IMG/VR virus record: IMGVR_UViG_3300023084_000009
Span: 30,337-94,336 of that record
Length of the DNA: 64,000 bases
Origin: a virus
Reading direction: 5' to 3' (one strand)
Made by a program: the position numbers and the translations under genes. Of this stretch, positions 1 through 9,781 are shown piece after piece; the first letter of the stretch is position 1, and every line of letters begins with the position of its first letter. The notes beneath the pieces are model-generated. The model was not told the DNA's origin and ran no database searches. It saw only the letters and a program-made list of their open reading frames with translations.

Positions 1-278
1 CCAACACCCGCCCTAATCTTTGCTGTAATTACACATCCAGCACTAAGTGGTAAGAAGTTATAAAGAGATCCACTTCTCTGTTGATTATCTTCTGTGGATT
101 TGGCAGCATCAATCGTGCTTACAATAACAACATTTCCAGTAATGTAAGGCGAGAGGATAGTTTCATAATAGTCGAATCTTGTAACTCTAAACTTACCACT
201 ATAAGCATCCACAGCATTAGAACCATCCTGTGAGATTATCTTGAATTCTTCGTATTTAAAGTCTTGTGCTTCTAACAT
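1..278 (-). CDS. Baseplate hub-like protein (gp27-like), N-terminal part, runs off the window
   Basis: Hand translation MLEAQDFKYEEFKIISQDG...FDYYETILSPYITG...LYNFLPL; ATG at 278 overlaps the upstream TAA (TAATG); baseplate context. Confidence 0.55.
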   Translation of the reverse strand, partial: MLEAQDFKYEEFKIISQDGSNAVDAYSGKFRVTRFDYYETILSPYITGNVVIVSTIDAAKSTEDNQQRSGSLYNFLPLSAGCVITAKIRAGV

Positions 279-1876
279 TATGGTATATTGTTAAGTGAGA
301 ATGCTGATCTTGGTTTTGTAATGTCAAATAAAACAGGAACCTGAGTTGGTGATGCGTTACCAGAACTGATAGGAGTAGATGGTGCTTGTGTCACAATAGG
401 TAATAATAAAAGTTTAGTTTGTGAGTCATCTACTGAGGTATCTATACTAAGTGGTTTCTTTTCAAGTCCTTTAAGTATGGCAAGTGTTTTCTTAGCTTCT
501 CTTTCTTGTTTTTTCCTCTCTGCTATTTTTTCTTGCTGTCTCTTTAGTAAAGAAGTTTCATCATCTGGACCAGAATTTAAATGGTTCAATGTATATTGAA
601 CACCATTGGATTCGATAATAACTCTATTGCCATATCCATCACCACGATTTGGAATAAATTGAACATACTTCAGTCCACCTTGTAGTGTTATCTTTTGATC
701 TGGATCTCCAGCATAATCTTCTCCTCGGTGCATACTACCCCATCTCATCCCAATACCAGAGGTAAATCTCAATCTTTGTGTCATTGGAATGCCACTTACA
801 AGAATATTATTCTTAACAGAGTCTGGTATAGACGCTCCTGGATTTGTGTAATTCTCAATATGAATATGAGATCCACCAGGTCCTGCTGGCACCGTTTTTC
901 CAGTGTATCCAACAGATCCAATTACTTCATCCGATCTTACAGCAACTGGTGTTAGATCCGATGCTGGTCTTGTTTTTGGACCTTCTCCTGGGGTTTCATT
1001 TGGTCTTTCGTTACCATCTCCACCAAATTTTTTAATAGTTTTTAGAGTTTTGACAATATCTTCAAACTTACTCATATTCTTATCATATAAATCAGTAGTT
1101 TCCTTGTTCTGTTCGGAAGTCTTAGAGAAAAGTTTTACTGGATTTGTTTTTTCATTACCAATTGTTGTTCTCTTTGGTTGTTGATTTGCCTGAGACTGTT
1201 TATTAACTGCTCCACCTTTGTTTCTCTTTTGTATTTTTGGAATACTACCTTCTGATGAACTTTGTGGTGGAGATATCTGTGGAGATGCTTGTGGAGTTTG
1301 TTGTGGGAACATATTCCCTGGTGCCATTGGAGCAAAAGGTATCTCTGGAATAACGATACCATCAGCATCAATCTCACCATCTAATCCACGTAGTTCTTTT
1401 TCTGATTGTTGTATATTTTTCTTAGCATCGTCTGGTTTGAAAAGAGAAGATATACTGTTATAGACTGATCCTATTCCACTTGCTATTACTCCAAGTGCCT
1501 TAACAGTTCCAACAACAAATGGTCCAACAGTTTTTATAAAAGAGGATACTTTTTCAATAATTATAGGTAACTTATCAACCAGAAATCCAAGAACAAGATA
1601 ACCAAAGAAGTTTATAATACGATCTTTGATGCTCATCACCATTCCACCAACACCCGATAGAATTTTTTTACCAAATCCCATTCCTGGTTTAATTTTTGTT
1701 TCTGCCTTTTGCTCTGCCTCTGCTCTTCTTCTGTCCTGAACTTCCTTACTAATTAATGCTGTTTTTTTAGAGTCAATTCTTCTAACTTGAGTATTAGATT
1801 TGATAAGAAAACTTTTAATGTTAGTGACATTAAGTTTTAAATTTTCTATTTGAGTTGTGGTGTTTAGTTCTTCCAT
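278..1876 (-). CDS. Tail/baseplate-associated protein with hydrophobic helices and a permuted M23 peptidase-like domain
   Basis: IGSVGYTG..SHIHIE, HRGED and GYGNRVII..HL motifs; follows the tape-measure-like gene. Confidence 0.65.
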   Translation of the reverse strand: MEELNTTTQIENLKLNVTNIKSFLIKSNTQVRRIDSKKTALISKEVQDRRRAEAEQKAETKIKPGMGFGKKILSGVGGMVMSIKDRIINFFGYLVLGFLVDKLPIIIEKVSSFIKTVGPFVVGTVKALGVIASGIGSVYNSISSLFKPDDAKKNIQQSEKELRGLDGEIDADGIVIPEIPFAPMAPGNMFPQQTPQASPQISPPQSSSEGSIPKIQKRNKGGAVNKQSQANQQPKRTTIGNEKTNPVKLFSKTSEQNKETTDLYDKNMSKFEDIVKTLKTIKKFGGDGNERPNETPGEGPKTRPASDLTPVAVRSDEVIGSVGYTGKTVPAGPGGSHIHIENYTNPGASIPDSVKNNILVSGIPMTQRLRFTSGIGMRWGSMHRGEDYAGDPDQKITLQGGLKYVQFIPNRGDGYGNRVIIESNGVQYTLNHLNSGPDDETSLLKRQQEKIAERKKQEREAKKTLAILKGLEKKPLSIDTSVDDSQTKLLLLPIVTQAPSTPISSGNASPTQVPVLFDITKPRSAFSLNNIP

Positions 1877-1879
1877 TTA

Positions 1880-3775
1880 TCAACTCCCATATATTCCAAG
1901 TTCCATCATCGCATAAGCAACGTAGAAGTTTGATGGGTCTTCAGCATCAACCATTGGCATTGAACTACCTCTAGATGGTGGAGTTGCCATAGTTCCAGAA
2001 GGTGTCATAGTTTGATTTCCGCCACCCATGTTCATTGGTGGAAGAACCGCCAATGATGATCCCGATGAAGGTCTTCTCAGATCTTTGGTTGCTCTTCTTG
2101 GTTGCTTCAAATTAACACTAATTTGTCCAACAACTCCAGCAGAATTCATTTCAATTCCAGATTGAGCAGAACCCATTAGGTTGCCAACTTTTAGTTTCGG
2201 CATTGAGCGAAGATCACCACCACCATATATTCTTTGATATAAAGCAGGATCAGACTCTTTCAATTTCATCTTTTTAACAAAATCATCATAATCTTTCAAA
2301 GTGGTTTCAAACTTTTCATTTGCTGCTTTGAATATTTCATTATTTTCTTCTTGCTTCTTAAGGGCACCAATCATCATAGTATAAAGTTGTCCACCATTAT
2401 AAATGACATCATCAATGAATGGTCCAAATTTTTTGCTTTCATCTCTTGGAACAACCTTTTCTCCAGGAGTTGCCAAAAGTGGGACAATATCTCTATTCAC
2501 ATTTGGTCCAGGAACTGTTCCACCTCTATTCATTTCTAAACCAGAATTTTCTTGTTCTTCACCACCACCACCAGTCAACATGTCATAAACAGTACCACCA
2601 AGTAAGTCACCAACAAGACTACCAAGTAATGTACCAACTCCAGGAATAGGTATAAATGATCCTAACGCGCCACCTAACATGGCTCCAATAGACTTTGCTG
2701 CTGCTCTTCCAATAGGTTCTCCTAAAGCTAATGAAACAGCAAAATCAATTAGTGCTCCAAAAAAAGGTATTCTCTTAAGTAATGGTCTTAATAGTTTTCC
2801 AAGACCTTTGGCACCAGGACCCATGCCCATAGATTTCATCATTCCTGATCCAAGTCTTTTTAAACCTACATCAGCACGCTGGAGTCCTTTTGCTAATGGA
2901 TTTTTTGATCTTGTTACAACATCTAAATCTATTTTTTTCCGTGCGCCACCACCATCAAATTGAGCAGGTCCTGTTCTTCCACCAGTTCCAGTATAAAAAG
3001 ATCTAGTTTCTCTACCTATTGTTACACCCCTTCTTCCACCCGAGGCATTTCGAAATAATCCACCACCAGTTCCGCCAGTTCCGCCAGTTCCACCAAAACC
3101 ACGCCCAGTCGCAAATCTAGAAATACCACGGAGAAGACGGTAAAGACGTGTAATCTTTCTAACAACTCTAAGAACAAGAACACCACCAATAACCATCAAA
3201 ATGGTATTGGCATGTTTTGATAGGAAATCAAAAAATCCTTGTATCTTTTCTATACTACCTGGTTTGCTTAACCACTTCAGTCCCTGGTTGATTAAAAATC
3301 CACCAACCAGTGCTCCAAAGAACTGAAGTATTCTGTCGAATATATTCTTTGTTGGAGCAATAATTTTATCTACAGTTTTACCAATCTTTGATCCAAGTTT
3401 ATTGACAGTCTCTGCGCCTTCTTCTGCCTTACCTCTTTTTCTCTTATCGGTGGCACTTCTTATTTTCTTTACTTCATCTTCTTCTTTTGCTATTCTATAA
3501 GCAAAATCCAAAGAAAGTTGTTTTTGAATTTCTACAAGAATATTATTAGTCTCTACTAAAGTCTGTTCTATAGGAGCAGACTCTTTCTTTAAGTATTTTG
3601 GATCTACATAACTAGCGCGAGCACCAATCTGCATTCCCTTTGGAATTTTGATTGTAGTCGATTTACCTACCAGTGGTGACTCGCCACGAAATATTGAGGA
3701 AGAAACCGTTGTTTTTCCTAACTTAGGTTTTGCCTTTAGTGATGGTGCGGTAAATGCCTGACTACTAAATGCCAC
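1880..3775 (-). CDS. Tape measure / baseplate hub-like protein (gp29-like)
   Basis: Gly/Ala-rich amphipathic and TM-like segments, GG.VPG...D.VP..TPGE.V motif, position after gp26/gp51; GTG start. Confidence 0.55.
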   Translation of the reverse strand: MAFSSQAFTAPSLKAKPKLGKTTVSSSIFRGESPLVGKSTTIKIPKGMQIGARASYVDPKYLKKESAPIEQTLVETNNILVEIQKQLSLDFAYRIAKEEDEVKKIRSATDKRKRGKAEEGAETVNKLGSKIGKTVDKIIAPTKNIFDRILQFFGALVGGFLINQGLKWLSKPGSIEKIQGFFDFLSKHANTILMVIGGVLVLRVVRKITRLYRLLRGISRFATGRGFGGTGGTGGTGGGLFRNASGGRRGVTIGRETRSFYTGTGGRTGPAQFDGGGARKKIDLDVVTRSKNPLAKGLQRADVGLKRLGSGMMKSMGMGPGAKGLGKLLRPLLKRIPFFGALIDFAVSLALGEPIGRAAAKSIGAMLGGALGSFIPIPGVGTLLGSLVGDLLGGTVYDMLTGGGGEEQENSGLEMNRGGTVPGPNVNRDIVPLLATPGEKVVPRDESKKFGPFIDDVIYNGGQLYTMMIGALKKQEENNEIFKAANEKFETTLKDYDDFVKKMKLKESDPALYQRIYGGGDLRSMPKLKVGNLMGSAQSGIEMNSAGVVGQISVNLKQPRRATKDLRRPSSGSSLAVLPPMNMGGGNQTMTPSGTMATPPSRGSSMPMVDAEDPSNFYVAYAMMELGIYGS

Positions 3776-3941
3776 TCTGCTGCTGTTTTAGATTTTCTTC
3801 TTCAATGTACTGTTGGAGAAGAGTAACATAAATTTCTCTCTCCCACGGTATCATATTTTCAATCTCCGTCAAACTATATTTATGGTGCTGAATGAGAGCA
3901 AAATTTGTTCTATAGTAGTTTTCCAGGCTTTCATGCGCCAT
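3765..3941 (-). CDS. gp51: Baseplate hub assembly protein gp51-like (58 aa, not in ORF track)
   Basis: Hand translation MAHESLENYYRTNFALIQHHKYSLTEIENMIPWEREIY...; directly downstream of gp26. Confidence 0.85.
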   Translation of the reverse strand: MAHESLENYYRTNFALIQHHKYSLTEIENMIPWEREIYVTLLQQYIEEENLKQQQSGI

Positions 3942-3943
3942 CG

Positions 3944-4666
3944 CTAGCTGAAAAAACTTGCTAACCCTTCTAGAACCACTTCACTTTCAACACCTGTCTC
4001 TGGATTTTTAACTTTAACAGTATGTGTAAGTTTTGGCATCGTATTGAAGAACTCTTCAATATCCTTGAACTGTTTGGTGTTCATCTGTTCGATAAAATCT
4101 CTCAGTTCTTTCTTAGTACAGTCAGAAGCACTCCAAGACTCATCTTCTGTGAATACTTGACCAATACAAGCAACAATAACTTCAAGTGATTTGTCAACAT
4201 CACTTCCAGTCTCATTATACTCGAAGTTGTTCTCAACGAACTGTGCAAGAGAAGGATATTTCATTTGGATTGAAAGATTATCATCCAATTTAACAACATT
4301 TGAATGTTTTGGATCCTTTTCAACTTTAATGGCATCCAAATCAATTTCAACTTTTACTTTAGTTACATTATCATCTGGGCAGGTAATATTAACTTCTACT
4401 GTTTCACCAACAGAACGAGCACGAATATTCAGGAAGAGATACTCGATATCAAATGTTGAAAGATCATCAACTTTTACACCGCGTGTGCTAATACAATCAG
4501 TGATAACTGTTTTAATAGCACTTGAGATTTGTTTCATATTCTCAGACTCAAGTGCCATGATGAGAATTTTTTCTTCTCTTACAAGAAAGGGACGATACTT
4601 AATTTTCTTTCCAGTAGAAGGCAATTCCAACTCATATGTTGGCGTAGAGATCTTTGGTAATGGCAT
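3944..4666 (-). CDS. gp26: Baseplate hub subunit gp26
   Basis: MPLPKI.TPTYEL.LPS...YRPFLVREEKIL, FDIEYLFL.IRA.SVGE, C-terminal LEGLASFF. Confidence 0.92.
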   Translation of the reverse strand: MPLPKISTPTYELELPSTGKKIKYRPFLVREEKILIMALESENMKQISSAIKTVITDCISTRGVKVDDLSTFDIEYLFLNIRARSVGETVEVNITCPDDNVTKVKVEIDLDAIKVEKDPKHSNVVKLDDNLSIQMKYPSLAQFVENNFEYNETGSDVDKSLEVIVACIGQVFTEDESWSASDCTKKELRDFIEQMNTKQFKDIEEFFNTMPKLTHTVKVKNPETGVESEVVLEGLASFFS

Positions 4667-4709
4667 AATAACCTATGATATTGTCAGTTGAAATTATTTA
4701 TTACTATTT

Positions 4710-5594
4710 TTAAAGTCCCCTTGGACCAGTTACACTTTCTCTCAATTTTCTGTCTCTGGCAGCATTTATTTTTTGGGTAGATTGGATTGTTCCTCCTTTA
4801 TAAGCATCAAACCATTCTTGATCAGTTAAAAGTCCCTTGAATGGTCTCTCTACTGGTTCATTTGTTACTGGATTAATAGGCACATCTTGTGCTGGTGATG
4901 GTTCTGGTTGGACAGGAGTTTCTCCTTGTGTATTTGAAGATCCTACTCCCCTTCCTTGAAGGATAAGATACCTATCATAGGCAAAAGAAACTGTTACCTT
5001 TAAAGTATCTGCTGGACCATAAGAAACAGGAATAGCAGACATTGATTTGGGAAAAGCATTAAAAAATTGATAAGTCAACATTGGAGATCCAGTTTTAGTA
5101 GTGTCTCTTTCAAACTTAGTAATATCAAACCCAGATTGACACTTATAACCTCCCTCTCCTTCTGGATAGTTAAATCTTCTATAGTATCGAGAATCAGTTT
5201 GCCCAAATCTTTGTATATTATTACCAGAAATATAATCCATCCATCCTTCAAAAACTTTAATCATTTGATAATTTTTATCGACATAAAAAGTGAAATCACT
5301 GTCTATGTAAAGTCTTGTATGGGCGAATTGTTGATTTACTCCATGAAAATTATCTTTTACTTCTGCTGTAGCAAATGAACTTGCTGGAAGTGTCGCATCA
5401 GCACACATTAAACCAGCCTGTTCTCTAATCCAATTAGATGGAACACCATACGTTTTACTAATATATTTTTTTACGACCTCAGGAATACCTCCAATATTAA
5501 CTTGATAATAATTGGTAAGAGATGGTTTAGCAATGTCCTTGGATTTAAGGACACTCATCTTAGGTTCTTGGACTACTGTCTTTGGCGATGCCAT
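4710..5594 (-). CDS. Baseplate tail-tube initiator (gp54-like)
   Basis: C..A.LP, FTFYVD..Y.....FE.W, NAFPKS....VSY motifs of the tail-tube fold; synteny between gp4 and gp26. Confidence 0.65.
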   Translation of the reverse strand: MASPKTVVQEPKMSVLKSKDIAKPSLTNYYQVNIGGIPEVVKKYISKTYGVPSNWIREQAGLMCADATLPASSFATAEVKDNFHGVNQQFAHTRLYIDSDFTFYVDKNYQMIKVFEGWMDYISGNNIQRFGQTDSRYYRRFNYPEGEGGYKCQSGFDITKFERDTTKTGSPMLTYQFFNAFPKSMSAIPVSYGPADTLKVTVSFAYDRYLILQGRGVGSSNTQGETPVQPEPSPAQDVPINPVTNEPVERPFKGLLTDQEWFDAYKGGTIQSTQKINAARDRKLRESVTGPRGL

Positions 5595-5637
5595 CTAAAT
5601 ATCTCTAATGGAGCCTACATTATTAAGTATTTAGATG
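5592..5637. promoter_or_regulatory. Face-to-face late promoters (CTAAATA) in an imperfect palindrome
   Basis: CATCTAAATA (5592-5601) and TATTTAGATG (5628-5637) are exact inverted repeats containing both start codons. Confidence 0.6.
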
Positions 5638-6072
5638 TCATATAAGGGAAAATTTCAACCATCATACCCACAGAAATACAAAGGTGACCCAACAAACATA
5701 ATCTATCGTTCTCTTTGGGAGCGAAAGTTTATGGTCTACTGTGATAAAAACCAAAACATTCTAGAGTGGGGTAGTGAAGAAATTGCCCTTCCATATCGTT
5801 CTCCCATTGATAATAGAATTCACAGATACTTTCCTGACTTCTATATTAAGGTGCGAGAAACGAATGGTCAGATCAAGAAAATGATCATCGAGATCAAACC
5901 AAAGAAGCAAACAGTTGAACCAAAAGTTCAAAAGAAGAAAACAAAAGGATATATTTACGAAGTCTACGAGTATGCCAAGAACCAGGCAAAGTGGAAAGCA
6001 GCACGAGAATTCTGTAAAGATAGATTATGGGAGTTCAAAATCATCACAGAAGACGAACTAGGTATTAAGTAA
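5635..6072 (+). CDS. gp4: Head completion protein gp4
   Basis: YKGKF.P..P.KYKGDP..I.YRS.WE, HRYFPDF, IEIKP, NQAKW.AA. Confidence 0.93.
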   Translation: MSYKGKFQPSYPQKYKGDPTNIIYRSLWERKFMVYCDKNQNILEWGSEEIALPYRSPIDNRIHRYFPDFYIKVRETNGQIKKMIIEIKPKKQTVEPKVQKKKTKGYIYEVYEYAKNQAKWKAAREFCKDRLWEFKIITEDELGIK

Positions 6073-6473
6073 TGCCGAGAAAAACTCTTAAACAGAGAAA
6101 AGAAAAATATCCAACAGAGAACGAAGTTAATCGAATTCGTTCCGTAATGGATAATATTATTGGTATGGAAGATCCTGATGACGTGATGATGGAACTTATG
6201 AGCACCATACCCGAAAGTGGCAGAGCACCAAGTGCTGGAAAGTATTATGCCTTTGTTTATAATCCCAAGACTCCTAATATACTGTATGATCAAAATCCCC
6301 TAGTTGCCGTCACTGATGTATTCGAATGGGGATTTCGTGGTCTTAACTATCACTGGGGTCAAGTGCGCCAATACACTTGGAATGAAATCCCAGGACAGTT
6401 GTATGAAATCTATCCCGAAGAACTTGCCGATGCCAGAGAACTGCCTTTTATGAAACAGCGTCTAAATAGTTAG
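6072..6473 (+). CDS. DNA end protector gp2-like protein
   Basis: G.YY.FVY.PKTP...YDQ.PLV, F.GLNYHW; coupled to gp4 by TAATG. Confidence 0.7.
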   Translation: MPRKTLKQRKEKYPTENEVNRIRSVMDNIIGMEDPDDVMMELMSTIPESGRAPSAGKYYAFVYNPKTPNILYDQNPLVAVTDVFEWGFRGLNYHWGQVRQYTWNEIPGQLYEIYPEELADARELPFMKQRLNS

Positions 6474-6486
6474 AAAAGTAGCCAAG

Positions 6487-7443
6487 ATGGCAGCAGCACC
6501 AGCATTTAACTATAGATACCCTAAAAGTACTATTGATAATTCTCAAGACTTTATTCAGTTTAACATATTTAAGTATGTTAGAGGGCAAAGGGGGATTAAT
6601 ATTAGAGTTGGGGATCCTGATTCAAGAGTAAATGTACCAAATCCAGATGGTTCTAGACCAGAAGATCCCCAAACAAAATATACAAAATTTATAGATAAAG
6701 AAATATCAAAAAATACTTTGATTGGTGGAGCAGTAAAAGGAGATTCTCAAGGAAGCATAATTTTACCAATTCCATCACAATTATCAGACACAAATGCTGC
6801 TAATTTTGGTGAAAGTTCACTAAATTCTTTTTATGCAGCAGCAATATCAGAAACACTAAACATAACTGGTTCAAATACACCTGGTCAATTTGTAGAGAAT
6901 CTTGGTAAGTCAGTGGTATCTGCTGCAGATATAGCAAAGGATCCATCAGTACAAAGTATAATAAAACTTTTTACAGCACAACAAGCAGTTAGTGCTCTTG
7001 GTGCTAATATTTCTTTTGAGCAGTTATTTGGACGAGCAACTGGTTCCATTATAAATCCAAATATGGAACTGCTATTTAATGGTCCAACACTAAGGCAATT
7101 TAAGTTTCAATTTAAATTCACTCCAAGAAGTCAACCTGAAGCAAAGGAAGTAAAAAATATTATAAAAAGTTTCAAAAAGCATATGGCACCAAGTGGAAGA
7201 GATACCAACTTTTTAAAGACTCCGGATGTTTTTGAATTGTCTTATCGGGGAAAATCATCTGAGTATTTAAACAGATTTAAACTCTGTGCTCTCACAAATA
7301 TGAGTGTCAACTACACTGGTGAAGGAAATTATGCCACTTATAGTGATGGTGCTCCAGTTTCTACGATTATGGATTTGGCATTCCAAGAACTATCACCAGT
7401 TTATCAAGAAGACTACAATGGAGTAGGAGGAGTAGGTTACTAA
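6487..7443 (+). CDS. gp48: Baseplate tail tube cap gp48
   Basis: I.LPIP..L.D.N, NPNMELLFNGP.LR.F.F.F..TPR...EA, K.CALT...VNY, L.FQEL. Confidence 0.9.
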   Translation: MAAAPAFNYRYPKSTIDNSQDFIQFNIFKYVRGQRGINIRVGDPDSRVNVPNPDGSRPEDPQTKYTKFIDKEISKNTLIGGAVKGDSQGSIILPIPSQLSDTNAANFGESSLNSFYAAAISETLNITGSNTPGQFVENLGKSVVSAADIAKDPSVQSIIKLFTAQQAVSALGANISFEQLFGRATGSIINPNMELLFNGPTLRQFKFQFKFTPRSQPEAKEVKNIIKSFKKHMAPSGRDTNFLKTPDVFELSYRGKSSEYLNRFKLCALTNMSVNYTGEGNYATYSDGAPVSTIMDLAFQELSPVYQEDYNGVGGVGY

Positions 7444-7444
7444 A

Positions 7445-8092
7445 ATGGGATACTTTAGAGAACTTCCAAATCTATTATATCCTTCTTATCTTTCTGATAA
7501 GAATTCATCTCTCAATTACATTGAGGTCAAGAACCTCTTCCGTAGAGTCAAACTAAGAGACGATCTTCAAAATGTTTTAACTCTTTTCAATAAGTATGAA
7601 GTTCCAGAAGGATCAAGACCAGAACTTATTGCTGAAGAAGTTTATGGAGATCCAGAACTTGATTGGGTGGTTTTAATTACAGCAGGAATTATTAACGTTC
7701 GAGATGATTGGCCTCTTTCAGATCGAGATCTCTATAATTATGCCTACGAGAAATATGGAACCGATTTGAACGCAACCCGCTTTTATGAAACTACAGAAGT
7801 TAAAGACTCTAATGGTCGTTTAATTCTTCCCAAAGGAAAAGTAGTTGACGGCACTTTTACAATTCCAAATCCTGCTGATCCAACGGCAACTCTAAATCCT
7901 GTTACTGGCATTAGCAACTACGAATATGAAGTTCGCAAGAACAATAAAAAGAGAAGTATCTATCTATTAAAACCAAGATACTTACAACAGTTCTTGAATG
8001 ATATGAGAGACATCTTTACATATCAAAAATCTTCTCAGTATATTAACGAAAAATACATTCAAACTGAGAATTTAAACATCACTCTTCCATAA
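7445..8092 (+). CDS. gp53: Baseplate wedge subunit gp53
   Basis: YFRELP, KNLFRR.K, RPE.IA..VYGD..LDWVVL...I......WP, YEYE...N..KR.I.LLKP.Y. Confidence 0.92.
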   Translation: MGYFRELPNLLYPSYLSDKNSSLNYIEVKNLFRRVKLRDDLQNVLTLFNKYEVPEGSRPELIAEEVYGDPELDWVVLITAGIINVRDDWPLSDRDLYNYAYEKYGTDLNATRFYETTEVKDSNGRLILPKGKVVDGTFTIPNPADPTATLNPVTGISNYEYEVRKNNKKRSIYLLKPRYLQQFLNDMRDIFTYQKSSQYINEKYIQTENLNITLP

Positions 8093-8671
8093 GAGTTCTA
8101 GTTTCTTATCAAACATCATAACATATCGGTGCTTGCGGGAGCGTTCTTTCCATTCTCCCTCAGCACCTTTTACTTTGCCACGAGAGTGCTTAGTTCCGTC
8201 TGAATAGTAGAAATCTTTTTTTGGTTCTGTAAGACCACAATACTTAAAGTTACAAGCGCGATAGATTGTGCCAATATGAAAATCGTTATCAGCGTAAGAG
8301 ATGATTGCTTTAACTTTAGTATCCTTTCGTAACTGTTTAATCGCTCTTGAAACAAACCAAGAAGTGATATTATATTCTGATTGTTGGGTTTCAGGGTGTA
8401 TGCAAAGTCGTGAAAGTTCAAATAGTCCCTCTTGCTCATCTCTCCTTAAACCAAATGCTCCTTGTGCTATTTCTGGGACAGGGAGTCCAGTAAAAATACA
8501 GACTCCCTTAATACCACCAATATTCAGTGGACTGAAATCATTGCTCTCATATAAACCGTAGTTGTATCCAGATTTAAAAGACTTAGAAAAGTCCTTAAGA
8601 TAATGAAACCGCAGAAGTAACTCTGCGGCTTCGGATTTACTTACTCGATCGATATGGTAATTAGATTTCAC
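8072..8671 (-). CDS. Mom-like (GNAT-fold) DNA modification protein
   Basis: FHYL, ELSRLC, SWFVSR, IISYAD...H.GTIY.ACNF.Y.G, K.RY motifs. Confidence 0.75.
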   Translation of the reverse strand: MKSNYHIDRVSKSEAAELLLRFHYLKDFSKSFKSGYNYGLYESNDFSPLNIGGIKGVCIFTGLPVPEIAQGAFGLRRDEQEGLFELSRLCIHPETQQSEYNITSWFVSRAIKQLRKDTKVKAIISYADNDFHIGTIYRACNFKYCGLTEPKKDFYYSDGTKHSRGKVKGAEGEWKERSRKHRYVMMFDKKLELLWKSDV

Positions 8672-8736
8672 TTGAACAGTAAGTTAAAATATGCTGCCAC
8701 AACTAAAAGTGTAAGACAGATTTGGTTGTATTTCAT
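8668..8736 (-). CDS. 22-aa hydrophobic peptide
   Basis: MKYNQICLTLLVVAAYFNLLFK; ATGA and GTGA overlaps with both neighbours. Confidence 0.5.
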   Translation of the reverse strand: MKYNQICLTLLVVAAYFNLLFK

Positions 8737-8852
8737 CGACCGAATTTACGATCCATACGAAGTTTAATATAATACATGCCGATGATCCAGAGGGAGAAGA
8801 GAAACCCTTCTCCGTAACTTAGATTCATCCAGGCATCTAGTGCCTCGCCCAT
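8733..8852 (-). CDS. 39-aa single-TM peptide
   Basis: MGEALDAWMNLSYGEGFLFSLWIIGMYYIKLRMDRKFGR; TGATG overlap with the gp32 stop. Confidence 0.6.
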   Translation of the reverse strand: MGEALDAWMNLSYGEGFLFSLWIIGMYYIKLRMDRKFGR

Positions 8853-9781
8853 CACTCTTCTGCCAGTCGTGCGAAGTAGGACATTGCGTCATCATCATCT
8901 TCATCAGAGGATGAGGAGACAGTGCGAGTGGGTTGAAGAGTATTCAGTTCATCGCGGAGATCTTCGGTAAGATCACGAGAAGAACCACGGGTGTTCTCTT
9001 CCTCATCAAACTCTTCAGGATCCTGATAACGAGGAGTGCCCTTGTTACCCAGCACATAGTCCAGACGCTTCTTCAGATCATCATAGGACTTGAACTGATC
9101 GGCAGCAACGAGTTCGGCAAGAGAATACTCTTTCTTCCAGATTGCTTCCATAGCGTCATCATCGTCCAGAAGTGCATCAGGACGGGCAAACTCAGAAGAG
9201 TCATAGTTGCGGTAACCAGCAACGTTCTTTGCCTTCAGTTTGAAGTTAGCACCCTGCCAGAAATCGAACGGATCGATTGCTTCCTCATCTTCAAACTCAG
9301 GTTGCATAGCAGCAGTGAGTTTGTCGAAGATCTTCTTACCGAACTTGAACAGGAACACACGACCTTCATTGGAAGGATTAGCAGGATCCTTGACCACATA
9401 GATGTTTGCCATGTAAGTCAGTTTGCGCTTCTGCTTGCGTGCTGCTTCCTTACCAGCATCGGTGCCGTTGTTCCACAGCATCGTGTTGTACTCGGACACA
9501 GGATCCTTCTGACCAAGAGTAGTCAGAGAGTTCTCAATATACCAACCACCAGGACCTTGGAAGGCGTGACTGTAGAGTTTCACGAAAGGAAGGTCCTCAC
9601 CATCAGGAGCGGGAAGGAAACGGATAACGGCATAACCGTTGCCGCTCTTATCACATTCCAGTTTCCAGAGACGCTCATCGCTGCTGGAACCACCATTGTT
9701 ATTCATTTTTTCGACTTCCTTGACCAGTTTCGCGGTCAGGTTGCCAAGCTTAGATTGCTTTTTAAGGTCGGAAAACGACAT
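8852..9781 (-). CDS. gp32: Single-stranded DNA-binding protein gp32
   Basis: DERLWK...DKSGNGYAVIRFLP, WYIENS.TT, NYD.SEF, acidic C-terminal tail. Confidence 0.96.
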   Translation of the reverse strand: MSFSDLKKQSKLGNLTAKLVKEVEKMNNNGGSSSDERLWKLECDKSGNGYAVIRFLPAPDGEDLPFVKLYSHAFQGPGGWYIENSLTTLGQKDPVSEYNTMLWNNGTDAGKEAARKQKRKLTYMANIYVVKDPANPSNEGRVFLFKFGKKIFDKLTAAMQPEFEDEEAIDPFDFWQGANFKLKAKNVAGYRNYDSSEFARPDALLDDDDAMEAIWKKEYSLAELVAADQFKSYDDLKKRLDYVLGNKGTPRYQDPEEFDEEENTRGSSRDLTEDLRDELNTLQPTRTVSSSSDEDDDDAMSYFARLAEE

